From NCBI GenBank assembly GCA_000165345.1, contig CM000435.1, positions 1,056,001-1,120,000 of the forward strand: a DNA stretch of 64,000 bases, written 5' to 3'. The notes under the pieces were generated by a model. It saw only the letters and a list, made by a program, of their open reading frames with translations. It made no database searches and had not been told where the DNA came from. Shown here one piece after another: positions 55,459 to 64,000 of this stretch; position 1 is the stretch's first letter, and every line of letters begins with the position of its first letter. The position numbers were made by a program, and so were the translations under genes.

Positions 55459-56425
55459 ATGTATGGAAGCATCGGAATATCAATATTTCTATTTTTGTTT
55501 GCGCTCAGATTTTATTTTTGGGTTAGAGGAAGATTTTCTTTTAATGTTGGGAGCAATGAAAAGCTAGAAAGAAAATCGAATTGTGGCGAGAAAGTTAAGA
55601 TATTAGTAGTTTTGGGTTCAGGAGGTCATACAGCAGAACTATTAATGTTATTAAAGGATATGGATTTGAGAAATAAAGTTTCCTTAAGCTGCGTAGTAGC
55701 AAACACTGATAAGTTTAGTTTGGAGAAGGCAATAAATGAATTTTCTGAGAATTTGAAGGTGGACAAAGACAATGTAAGGAACTATGTGGAGTTTTACAGC
55801 ATAAAAAGAAGTAGAGAAGTTGGACAGAGCTATTTTTCATCAGTATTCACGACATTGGCATCTTTTATGGATTCAATGAGGATATTATTTCAAGATAAGT
55901 ATGATTTAATAATGGTAAATGGCCCTGGTACATGCATTCCTATATGCTTTGGGTCTTTGATATTGGAGGTAAGTAATTCTATTAAGAGGGGTTAGATGCA
56001 TGTAAATAGGTAGAAAGTGTACACATTTGAATTAATTACTTTGAAATTACATTAAACAATTTCCCCTCGACCAAAATTATTAAATATATTAAACATATTT
56101 TGAATACTTTTATTATCCCTTTAAAATTATAGTTTCTACTTATAAAAAGCTCAAAGATTGTATTTATTGAAAGCTTTTGCCGTACAAAGACTCTCTCGTT
56201 AACGGGTAAACTATTATTGCCATTTGTAGACAAGTAAGTTAAAAAATGATGATTAAAAAGTTTGAAATTAAAGTTAATTTGACTAATTTATGAATGAAAT
56301 TATTTTCCACTTTATTTAAATTATAAAAATACTAAAAAAAAATTTTTTTTTCAAGGTTTATTGTTTTATGGCCATATTTAGCTGATAAATACCCTAAGTG
56401 CGAATATTTGGGTGTATTATTTTAA
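55459..56425 (+). CDS. ALG14: UDP-GlcNAc transferase subunit ALG14 (three exons: 55459..55968, 56133..56233, 56356..56425), 226 aa
   Basis: The ORF-track start at 55432 is GTG; the first ATG is at 55459. N-terminal TM anchor. ALG14 motifs ILVVLGSGGHTAELLML and NGPGTCIPICFGSLILE. GTAAGT donor, then exon 2 FLLIKSSKIVFIESFCRTKTLSLTGKLLLPFVD, a split Lys codon, then exon 3 FIVLWPYLADKYPKCEYLGVLF*. Confidence 0.75.
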
Positions 56426-56550
56426 TTCCCATAGTTAAAGAATTAACTGATAAACATAATATAGTTATATTTGAATTATTATAGGGCCGATTAGAGTTTT
56501 AATTGAGTTATATAACATAAGTATAAGAATAGTTGACAGTAGTTTTAAAG

Positions 56551-57882
56551 ATGTCAGAAGAAATTTTGGATATTGGGGAGATTGCAAGGAGATCAAGAGA
56601 ATCAGGAATACAATTATCTTCCAGTACAGTTGAGGAGAGGAATGCAATTCTAGAACACTTTGCAGAAGAAATATATCTGAATAGAAATGAAATTCTAGAA
56701 GCAAATATGAAAGATATGGATAATTCTAATAAGAATAATATTTCTGAGCCAATGAAAATGAGATTATTATTGGATGAATCGAAGCTTAAGGCATGCATAA
56801 GCTCTGTTAGGGATGTAATGAATTTGGAAGACCCTTTAGGAAAGTATACGTTATCTAGGGAAATCACAAGTAATGGGCTAAAACTATATAGAAGAACTTG
56901 TCCAATAGGAGTAATTTTAGTTATTTTTGAAGCAAGACCAGAAGTAGCTATCCAAATTAGTTCGCTGACTATAAAAAGTGGGAATGCAGTCATATTAAAA
57001 GGCGGAAAAGAAGCAATAAATACTAACAAAGCAATTTTGAATTGCATAGAAAATGCAATTAATCAAGTAAAAAAAAACTATATTAATATAAATAGAGAAA
57101 TAGTACAAATGGTTTTTTCTCATGAAGATGTAAATAAACTTCTTTCCTTTAACCAATTTATCGACCTTGTCATACCTAGAGGGTCTGGTGAACTTGTCCA
57201 CATGATAAAAAAAAATACGTGTATACCGGTATTGGGTCATGCAGATGGTGTGTGCATGTTATATGTGCATGTGGATGCAAATATATCAAAGGGAGTTGAA
57301 ATTGTAATAGATGGGAAATTGGATTATCCAGCTGCATGCAATTCACTGGAGACTTTGTTAATTCATAAAGATAAGTTATCCGAGTTTTTACCAGCATTAT
57401 TGTTGAGATTAAAGGAACAAGGAAAGCACATAAAGTTTTATTCTGACAAGGAATGTTTAAAATACTTGGAAGGTGAGAATGATGTTTGCGAGTTGATTGA
57501 GGATTTGTATCATCATGAGTTTAGTTCAAATGAAATGTGTGTCAAGTCAGTTTCAAGTATGGATGAGGCTATTGCACATATTAACCAATATGGTTCTCAC
57601 CATACAGATGTAATTTTGACTCAAGATGAAAAATTAGCAGCATCATTCATGAATAGAGTTGACTCTGCATGCGTATTTCACAATTGCTCTTCAAGGTTTT
57701 CAGATGGATATAGGTTTGGGTTTGGTGCTGAAATTGGAATTAGTACAACAAGGATTCATGCTCGTGGCCCGGTAGGTCTGGAAGGTTTGTTGACATACAA
57801 ATACACGTTAAGAGGTCAAGGACAGACGATAACTCAGTTCAAACACGGCAAGTTTACTTTTACAAAGAGAGATATTGTATAG
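56551..57882 (+). CDS. proA: Gamma-glutamyl phosphate reductase (glutamate-5-semialdehyde dehydrogenase, ProA-type), stand-alone, 443 aa
   Basis: The ORF-track start at 56533 is TTG; the first ATG is at 56551. Catalytic region PAACNSLETLLIH and C-terminal signature CSSRFSDGYRFGFGAEIGISTTRIHARGPVGLEGLLTYKY, diagnostic of GPR. No fused glutamate-5-kinase domain lies upstream. Confidence 0.85.
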   Translation: MSEEILDIGEIARRSRESGIQLSSSTVEERNAILEHFAEEIYLNRNEILEANMKDMDNSNKNNISEPMKMRLLLDESKLKACISSVRDVMNLEDPLGKYTLSREITSNGLKLYRRTCPIGVILVIFEARPEVAIQISSLTIKSGNAVILKGGKEAINTNKAILNCIENAINQVKKNYININREIVQMVFSHEDVNKLLSFNQFIDLVIPRGSGELVHMIKKNTCIPVLGHADGVCMLYVHVDANISKGVEIVIDGKLDYPAACNSLETLLIHKDKLSEFLPALLLRLKEQGKHIKFYSDKECLKYLEGENDVCELIEDLYHHEFSSNEMCVKSVSSMDEAIAHINQYGSHHTDVILTQDEKLAASFMNRVDSACVFHNCSSRFSDGYRFGFGAEIGISTTRIHARGPVGLEGLLTYKYTLRGQGQTITQFKHGKFTFTKRDIV

Positions 57883-58118
57883 TCAAGAATAGATGAATAA
57901 AGGAATGAAAATAAAAACGAATGAGATTGAATTAGTTTATATGTAGTAATATAAATTAAGAAATTGAGGTTCTAGAGTAGAAAATGGTGCTCCAAAAATG
58001 GGCTAGAAAAGGATATGAATGACTAAAAAAGCCATATAAAGGCAGCTTTGTATTTCGTAATTATCCAAATTCAGGGATTCTGTCTAGCCTTGGTTAAGGA
58101 TCATGATAGTCGTGAATT

Positions 58119-59210
58119 TCAATTACATTTGTGGCTTAAATAGGCCCCAATTGCTCCAAAAAATCCATCCAAATAATGGAAAAAGACATTAACTTTATCA
58201 TTCAGCATGTAAGAGTATTTTTTAATGGACTTGATTATGATCTTGTGGTGATTAGAGACGTAATTTCCACAAAAAACTATGTTTTCATATTTATAGTTGG
58301 ATGATATCAAGCATATAAGGTATGACAAATCACTATACATCATATTTACAATATTGTGGACAAATTTTTCCTTTTGCTCAGCTTCTCCGAGATATTGAGG
58401 CAAAGATAAAGAGGTAATAGAGGACTCCTTAACAAACTCTTTAAAGAAGCAACCACTCGAATGTGTTGATTCACCTAAATTTTGTCCGTTCTTCCGTTCA
58501 TAGCTTGAATATAGCTTTAATAAGTCACCGTAATTCTCAACTCCCAGTAATTTTGAAATCCCAAATACAGTACCTCCACCAAACCTAGTCCCAGAAACTC
58601 TTTCGAATTGATTTTGGTTCTCGACTCTGATTATTGAGACACCTGATCCAACTGAAATTACTAAACTTGGAAATATTCTGGTTTGAGAGTCCATTCTAAC
58701 AAGAAATGTTTCTCCTTTTAATATACTATAAAAATGCGGCTGCTGAAGGTTGCCTGTCGACAAGTTACCAAAGAGCTCAAAACATCCATTTACAATGCTT
58801 CTCATTTCGTCAAATCGGACAACTTTAATTTTGTATTTTGACTCAAGTATAGTTTTGAACTTTACTGATCCTCCGCCAGTCATTGGAACACTATTGGGTT
58901 TGTATAGTCCTCTTTCCTTAAGGAATCCAAAAATGTCCCCAATCTGTAATTCTATTTCTTTGTTCACTGGAGCTATCAGACAAAATATCACATACTTCCT
59001 ATTAGTTCTCAGTGCCTCAATATCGTAGAAGTTCTTTCTCATATTTTCAAGTTCATATTCAAAAAGCTCATCATTCTCCAAGCTTAATGTATAAACCAAC
59101 TTAATTAAAGTTCCTCCTATATCGAGCCCATAGTGACTATCGTTTGGAACTTGATTTAAAACTCCTACACCAATAATATCTAAACTATATTTTTCAAAGA
59201 GGGACTTCAT
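58119..59210 (-). CDS. Pantothenate kinase, eukaryotic type II (Fumble domain), 363 aa
   Basis: ATG checked. Motifs GLDIGGTLIKLVY and …GTRFGGGTVFGISKLL, the ASKHA-fold motifs of type II PanK. Confidence 0.8.
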   Translation of the reverse strand: MKSLFEKYSLDIIGVGVLNQVPNDSHYGLDIGGTLIKLVYTLSLENDELFEYELENMRKNFYDIEALRTNRKYVIFCLIAPVNKEIELQIGDIFGFLKERGLYKPNSVPMTGGGSVKFKTILESKYKIKVVRFDEMRSIVNGCFELFGNLSTGNLQQPHFYSILKGETFLVRMDSQTRIFPSLVISVGSGVSIIRVENQNQFERVSGTRFGGGTVFGISKLLGVENYGDLLKLYSSYERKNGQNLGESTHSSGCFFKEFVKESSITSLSLPQYLGEAEQKEKFVHNIVNMMYSDLSYLICLISSNYKYENIVFCGNYVSNHHKIIIKSIKKYSYMLNDKVNVFFHYLDGFFGAIGAYLSHKCN

Positions 59211-59334
59211 ATTCCAATAAAATTGTCCTTGATGAACCTTATGTTATAATCTTTGATTTCTTCTCACCTTTTCTCTGGTTTTCTTACTGGGATTACTTTT
59301 GAGTATTGTGATACAATATTAAATATATATATGT

Positions 59335-59372
<38 letters not shown>

Positions 59373-59821
59373 CATATATATATCTACTACACACATATAT
59401 ATTATATTTAAACAGTTAAAGAGTTTGACTCCAAACCGTAATAGTAACGATTTATGTATATTTTGTTCTTTATTATTATTATATTCACACAAATTTGTTA
59501 TTAATCTAGAACTTTCCGTCTTTATCATCCATCTTTAGCTCTATATTCTGTAATCAGAGCTTTCTATTTTCACCAGTTTAGGGTTTGAAATATCAAAGCT
59601 TTTAGATATTCTTATACACTCCAAATTGAATTATTTGCCGTGCAAAATTGTGTTTTCTCTCTAATATAACAGTTAATTAAATTACTAATGATTCTAATTT
59701 GATTCAATAAAAAAATTTCTTTTTAATGAATAACAGTAATAATATTGATATTTTATGCTAAAGTTACCTAACAATCAATTTTATAATGGGGGAAAAAAAA
59801 TTAATCGGGGGAAAAAAATTA

Positions 59822-59894
59822 AGCGGAACGACGTTTCGATCGTCGGACCTTCAGGTTATGAGCCTGACGCTCTGAACCTCTGAGCTATTCCGCT
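59822..59894 (-). tRNA. Initiator tRNA-Met (anticodon CAT)
   Basis: Minus-strand sequence AGCGGAAUAGCUCAGAGGUUCAGAGCGUCAGGCUCAUAACCUGAAGGUCCGACGAUCGAAACGUCGUUCCGCU folds as a cloverleaf (7/4/5/5-bp stems). It has the A1:U72 pair and the AUCGAAA T-loop (A54, A60) typical of eukaryotic initiator tRNA. No CCA is encoded. Confidence 0.8.
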
Positions 59895-59947
59895 TGCGCT
59901 ACTAAGTGGATACCCCAAAAACAGTTATTTAAACAATAATAAATGTT

Positions 59948-59972
59948 TCAGGCGGGTAAAAGTAGGCGGGTT
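59948..59972. promoter_or_regulatory. Tandem E2F-like boxes CAGGCGGGTAAAAGTAGGCGGGTT
   Basis: Read directly, in the intergenic region between the tRNA and the CNOT4 gene. Confidence 0.35.
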
Positions 59973-60377
59973 AATGCTAACCTGTGCGAAAATGCGCTCG
60001 TGCATTTTTATATATGAGGTCCTGCAAAGCAGAAAAACAAAAAAAATATCCAAAAGTAATATATATTAAATATAATTTACAGTATATTAAACGCTAAATG
60101 TAATTGATGATTCTTGAGAAATGGTGGGATATAGTGAGAATGAGACGAAGCAAAAATGCCATACATCTGCTTACTAAGGTTGCATATTAAAGAAGTGAAA
60201 AAAGATAGTAATCTGCGATAAATAAGTTCTGGATTTATCACGAATATTAATCAATAGTGTGCTTATAAATATAAAAGTATTAGCTGAAGTAATAATTGTT
60301 TTTAAATTATTTTAGTAATAATGGCGGTAACATGTAAAAAAAAATAATAAATCAATGCAAGGCTGACTTAGTAGACA

Positions 60378-62432
60378 CTATTGACCCTGAATTGTAATAT
60401 TTGCATGAGGCATCATAGCACGAAGAATATTGATGCCACTTTCAAGAGAAGAGTTACCCACATTGATTTGTTCTGTAATATCTCTATTCTGGATACCTTG
60501 AATAATTCCAGCTTGAACATCCGAGAAAGTTTTTCTATTATTGGATGCACAATTTTGGCCCAATTGATTAGAGAAGATAGAGTGAAAGTGCTGACCATTT
60601 TCCAGTGAGTTTAAACTTATAAGAGGATTTTGTCTATCTTGCATATGAATAGGGCCTTCACAAGTCTCCTCAATCATTTTTTCAATATTATTTTTAATTT
60701 CAAGTTCAAATAAGTCATTTTCTGGATTAATATTATCATTGTATTCTACAAGCTTTTGGGGAATGGCGCCATCTATTGCATATAATTGGTTTTGAATTTG
60801 TGCCTGATTGAACTGAATATGACTATCAAGTTGGTGGTTTGAAATAATAGGATGTGGGAACTTTTGCATATGTATTTCATGCATATGCAAATTATTGTTT
60901 CTATGGAATTCCAAGTTCATAGGTTTTTCCTCTTTTTCTTGGTTAATATTAGGGGTCGGGTAGTAGTAAATACTGTTTGGAATAGTTTGGGTAATGTTTT
61001 GAAGATTTTCATGCATTCCAACTGGGCAGCCATTTCCCGCCTTCTGGAGATTGTTACTTCCAAAGTTGATAGAACTGAAGCTTTCAATATTAGTGTCAAT
61101 TTGAATTCCGCCTTTAGTATTAGAGCTGGTTTGAATTTTCTCATCCTCTTCTATTCCCTTAATTTTCCTATTCTCTATTTGGTTATCCTCTCCTATTATA
61201 TTTTCCCTTTTATATTCATAATTTGGTTTTTCATTAACTAAATGGACTTGTTCTTGTTCATGGATTGATTGAGTTTCATGGTTATTTTGAGAAATTTTAC
61301 ATTCTTCAGGAGTTTCTTGGGAGGTGGGTGTATTTTGATCATTGGATGATGCTTCAATGGGCTCTTGACTATCATGTTGCTTATTACTGACTTCTTGCTC
61401 ATTTAATTCCCTGATTTCATCTTCGTTCTTATCTGTAGAGTTATAATTTTGGTTATTAGTATTGGAATATGGTCTTCTACCTTTGCTTTTAATTGCCCTT
61501 CTATCCTTGTTATACATTTCATGTCCGTTCTTGGCATTTTGTTTAAGTTCCCTTAAAGGCTTTAGGGCAAATTTATTAGATGAATGAAAGTTTATAAGTT
61601 CAGATTTACTAATACAATCATTAGGATCAACAATTTCATGAACATAAGCACAGTTTGGATTATTACATACAGAATTTCTGATAAAGCTATTACAGTATTT
61701 GTTTGTTCCAAAAGAACATCTAATAATATTTTGTCCAAACATCTTTTTTCCATTAATATTTTTAATAGCTTTAGTAGCTGACAATTCATCGTAATATGTA
61801 ATAAATGCACTGCATGTATCGTTATTATTGGGTAAAATCCTCATATTTAATATCTTACCATACTTACCAAAAGAGTTCTCACAAGATAGTATCTCTCTCT
61901 TAGCAATAGAATAACTTAGACCTACAACATATACTAAATTTCTCTGAATAATTCTCATGTCTTCCAAATTAGAAATATCATCTGATTTACCAAGATGATC
62001 AATAGTGTCATGATTATCGTTCTGTAACTTATTTGATTCATTGTTTGTAATTCTAGAAACAGTATTTCCACACCAATTAAAGCCTTCATCTTTACTTATT
62101 GGTTCAATTTCACGATCACAGGGTCTATTTGTAAGACTATTTTCGTATTGTTGTCTACATGCTGGGCATTTATTGTCCAATTGATCTCTGACGTGGTAGA
62201 AACACCATAAGCATATTTGATAGCGGCATTTACAAGGGTAAAACTTCTTATCTGTTTCGTCCATCTCTTCCATACACAATGGACATGTATAATCAACTTT
62301 TGTAAGAGCAGGTCCAGGAGTATTACTACTCACTGTTTGACTTTTATTCGAATTCCTACTCGAAACTACTGAAGTCCCTCCTTTTTCTTTGAAACTCGAG
62401 GCTGACGGGCTCTGCCTTCCAATATTACTCAT
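60378..62432 (-). CDS. CNOT4: CCR4-NOT complex subunit 4 (NOT4/Mot2 E3 ligase: RING plus RRM plus C3H finger), 684 aa
   Basis: N-terminal CPLCMEEMDETDKKFYPCKCRYQICLWCFYHVRDQLDNKCPACRQQY (the NOT4 RING). An RRM follows (LVYVVGLSYSIAKREIL…AFITYYDELSATKAIKNING), then a CCCH finger. The C-terminal half is Q/N-rich low complexity. Confidence 0.85.
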   Translation of the reverse strand: MSNIGRQSPSASSFKEKGGTSVVSSRNSNKSQTVSSNTPGPALTKVDYTCPLCMEEMDETDKKFYPCKCRYQICLWCFYHVRDQLDNKCPACRQQYENSLTNRPCDREIEPISKDEGFNWCGNTVSRITNNESNKLQNDNHDTIDHLGKSDDISNLEDMRIIQRNLVYVVGLSYSIAKREILSCENSFGKYGKILNMRILPNNNDTCSAFITYYDELSATKAIKNINGKKMFGQNIIRCSFGTNKYCNSFIRNSVCNNPNCAYVHEIVDPNDCISKSELINFHSSNKFALKPLRELKQNAKNGHEMYNKDRRAIKSKGRRPYSNTNNQNYNSTDKNEDEIRELNEQEVSNKQHDSQEPIEASSNDQNTPTSQETPEECKISQNNHETQSIHEQEQVHLVNEKPNYEYKRENIIGEDNQIENRKIKGIEEDEKIQTSSNTKGGIQIDTNIESFSSINFGSNNLQKAGNGCPVGMHENLQNITQTIPNSIYYYPTPNINQEKEEKPMNLEFHRNNNLHMHEIHMQKFPHPIISNHQLDSHIQFNQAQIQNQLYAIDGAIPQKLVEYNDNINPENDLFELEIKNNIEKMIEETCEGPIHMQDRQNPLISLNSLENGQHFHSIFSNQLGQNCASNNRKTFSDVQAGIIQGIQNRDITEQINVGNSSLESGINILRAMMPHANITIQGQ

Positions 62433-62626
62433 CTTTAACTACTAAAAACTTGCTTTCAAAATACTGTTTTTCAAATCCAAGAAAATAAAATGTTTCCTCA
62501 AATTCTTTACATCAGAGCAAATTTATTATTTTTTTCTTCCTTTCCAATTATTATTTCTCTGATTTCACTTTATTTCTTACACTTTGCCTTATTATTTCCT
62601 TTTCTGTATTAATTTAATTAATTTCG

Positions 62627-62657
62627 GTCTGGCGCCACAAAAATGGCGCCGCATTGC
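62627..62657. promoter_or_regulatory. Tandem E2F-like boxes GGTCTGGCGCCACAAAAATGGCGCCGCATTG upstream of CNOT4
   Basis: Read directly, 200 bp upstream of the CNOT4 ATG. Confidence 0.4.
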
Positions 62658-63728
62658 CAAAAAAAAATTAGCGTGAAATGGAAATACTAGAGGAAGCAAA
62701 ATTAAAGGTGGTATTGAGAAGAGGGATAAGCGAATAAAAAATGGGAGATGGGAGAGGATGATTTTGAGGGAAAAGTATAGGGGAATTAGGAGGTGGATAA
62801 GTGAGAGTGGAGGAGAAACAGAAGGTAGAACAAATTTTGTTTCAAATAAAACTCCGCACTTGAGAAAGATCTTCTAGTGATATTATATTTTGATCTTATT
62901 ATAGCTTCAAATTAAAGTAGTTCCATTATATCCTTATATTTATGTACACGCACATTATTTGTAAACTCTGCATGCAGTTTAATTTTTTTTTAATCTAGCT
63001 TTGGTAAGTTTGCCAGGATTTGCCGCCAAACCATTATGGCAATGGCCTGCTATAACTAAGTCTGTCATTGAAACTTCTTATATTATCAACTCTAGAATTT
63101 TCTTTATTATGCTACTATCGCTATGCTTTCATTGTGGACACAAACAATTAGTTTCTAGCAGACTTAACCTTGAATATTGCTGAAAGCTAGCCAGATCTTA
63201 ATATATATATATATATATATATTACAGGCCTATTCTCCTTGTTCACACACCATATAGCCTAAAGCTATTTTTAAAAGTATTTAATTTTTGTATTGAAATA
63301 TTAAATTAATATTTAAAATTCCTGCATGTATTACAAATGTTTAGGCGGGAACACACATTTATATTAGCAATGAATTTAGAAAGGTGAGAAATATAAGAAG
63401 GAAAAGGTTTATATGATAAATCAAGGTTGGATTTTTTTTTTTCCAGGAAATATGTTTAGATAGAGTAAGTTAGGAGGTAGATGAGAAATACCATAATAGA
63501 AGCTGGTTAAACTAGACGGATTTCCACAAAAACAACCCAAGTTGTTTAACTATTTTTAAATATAAATAGGATAAAATTAGTTGAGAATTCTTTTGAAGTG
63601 AAGTTAAGTGGTTATACTAGAAATACCAGAATAAGGTCATAAAGATCAAGTTCTATCAAATAATAGAATAATAATGCAAAGTAGTATAATTAGAATAAAT
63701 AAACTGTGGATGATAGTTCTCAATAATA

Positions 63729-64000
63729 ATGATACTACTTGAAAAAGATGTCCAATGTTTGTTTTTTGAATTTTTATCAGGTAAAATTAATATTTCAATA
63801 AATGATGAGAATTCAAAATTGGGAAATTATAATATAAAATTAACAAATGATATGAAAAGAGAATCATCAATTGTTATAAAACAACCAGAAAATGAAGATA
63901 TTGTGGAGAAACTGAAGGAGATATTTCAAGGGAAAGAGAATAATTGTATTAGCTATGATGAATGGGAAATATTGATAGTAGAAGGATTATTGGGAATGAA
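63729..64000 (+). CDS. 5' part of a gene running off the window edge (partial CDS), product unknown
   Basis: ATG at 63729 follows an in-frame TAG. The frame is open to position 64000 (MILLEKDVQCLFFEFLSGKINISINDENSKLGNYNIKLTNDMKRESSIVIKQPENEDIVEKLKEIFQGKENNCISYDEWEILIVEGLLGM…). The ORF track omits it because it is unterminated. Confidence 0.3.
   Translation, partial: MILLEKDVQCLFFEFLSGKINISINDENSKLGNYNIKLTNDMKRESSIVIKQPENEDIVEKLKEIFQGKENNCISYDEWEILIVEGLLGM

Noticed and set aside
56465-57047. Minus-strand ORFs 56465..56704 and 56508..57047
   Set aside because: They are antisense to ALG14 exon 3 and ProA, AT-rich low complexity, and have no homology.
60852-61241. Plus-strand 129-aa ORF
   Set aside because: It is antisense to the Q/N-rich low-complexity region of CNOT4. 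Low-complexity coding regions often leave antisense frames open.

Overview
This window reads as AT-rich (~30% GC), gene-dense nuclear DNA from a Cryptosporidium-like apicomplexan, not a prokaryote. Three things point that way. Intergenic spacers are short and carry repeated E2F-like GGCGCC/GGCGGGAA boxes and GCATGC boxes. Introns are few and short, with GTAAGT donors and AG acceptors. The coding content is eukaryotic: RAD23, RPS4, RPB6, CNOT4, CTF18, POP7, ALG14 and a Fumble-type PanK. I call about 40 protein-coding genes on both strands. About eight of them need splicing that the six-frame ORF track cannot show: RPS4, a GST, ALG14, a CDK-like kinase, a coiled-coil protein at 12.6-13.5 kb, a small Cys-rich protein at 43.2-43.8 kb and a polytopic membrane protein at 52.7-54.8 kb. 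Many ORF-track 'M' starts are really TTG or GTG codons, so I moved those N-termini to the first in-frame ATG. Non-coding features are an initiator tRNA-Met at 59.8 kb, a candidate intronic C/D-box snoRNA, an in-frame (ACT/ACC)n repeat encoding Thr22 in a mucin, several (TA)n microsatellites, and many E2F-like and GCATGC promoter boxes. I see no prokaryotic-style defence or mobile system. The most unusual content is a stand-alone bacterial-type gamma-glutamyl-phosphate reductase (proA), two PPTC7-like PP2C paralogues, a PA14 plus FN2-like secreted adhesin candidate, and several gene models missing from the ORF track.
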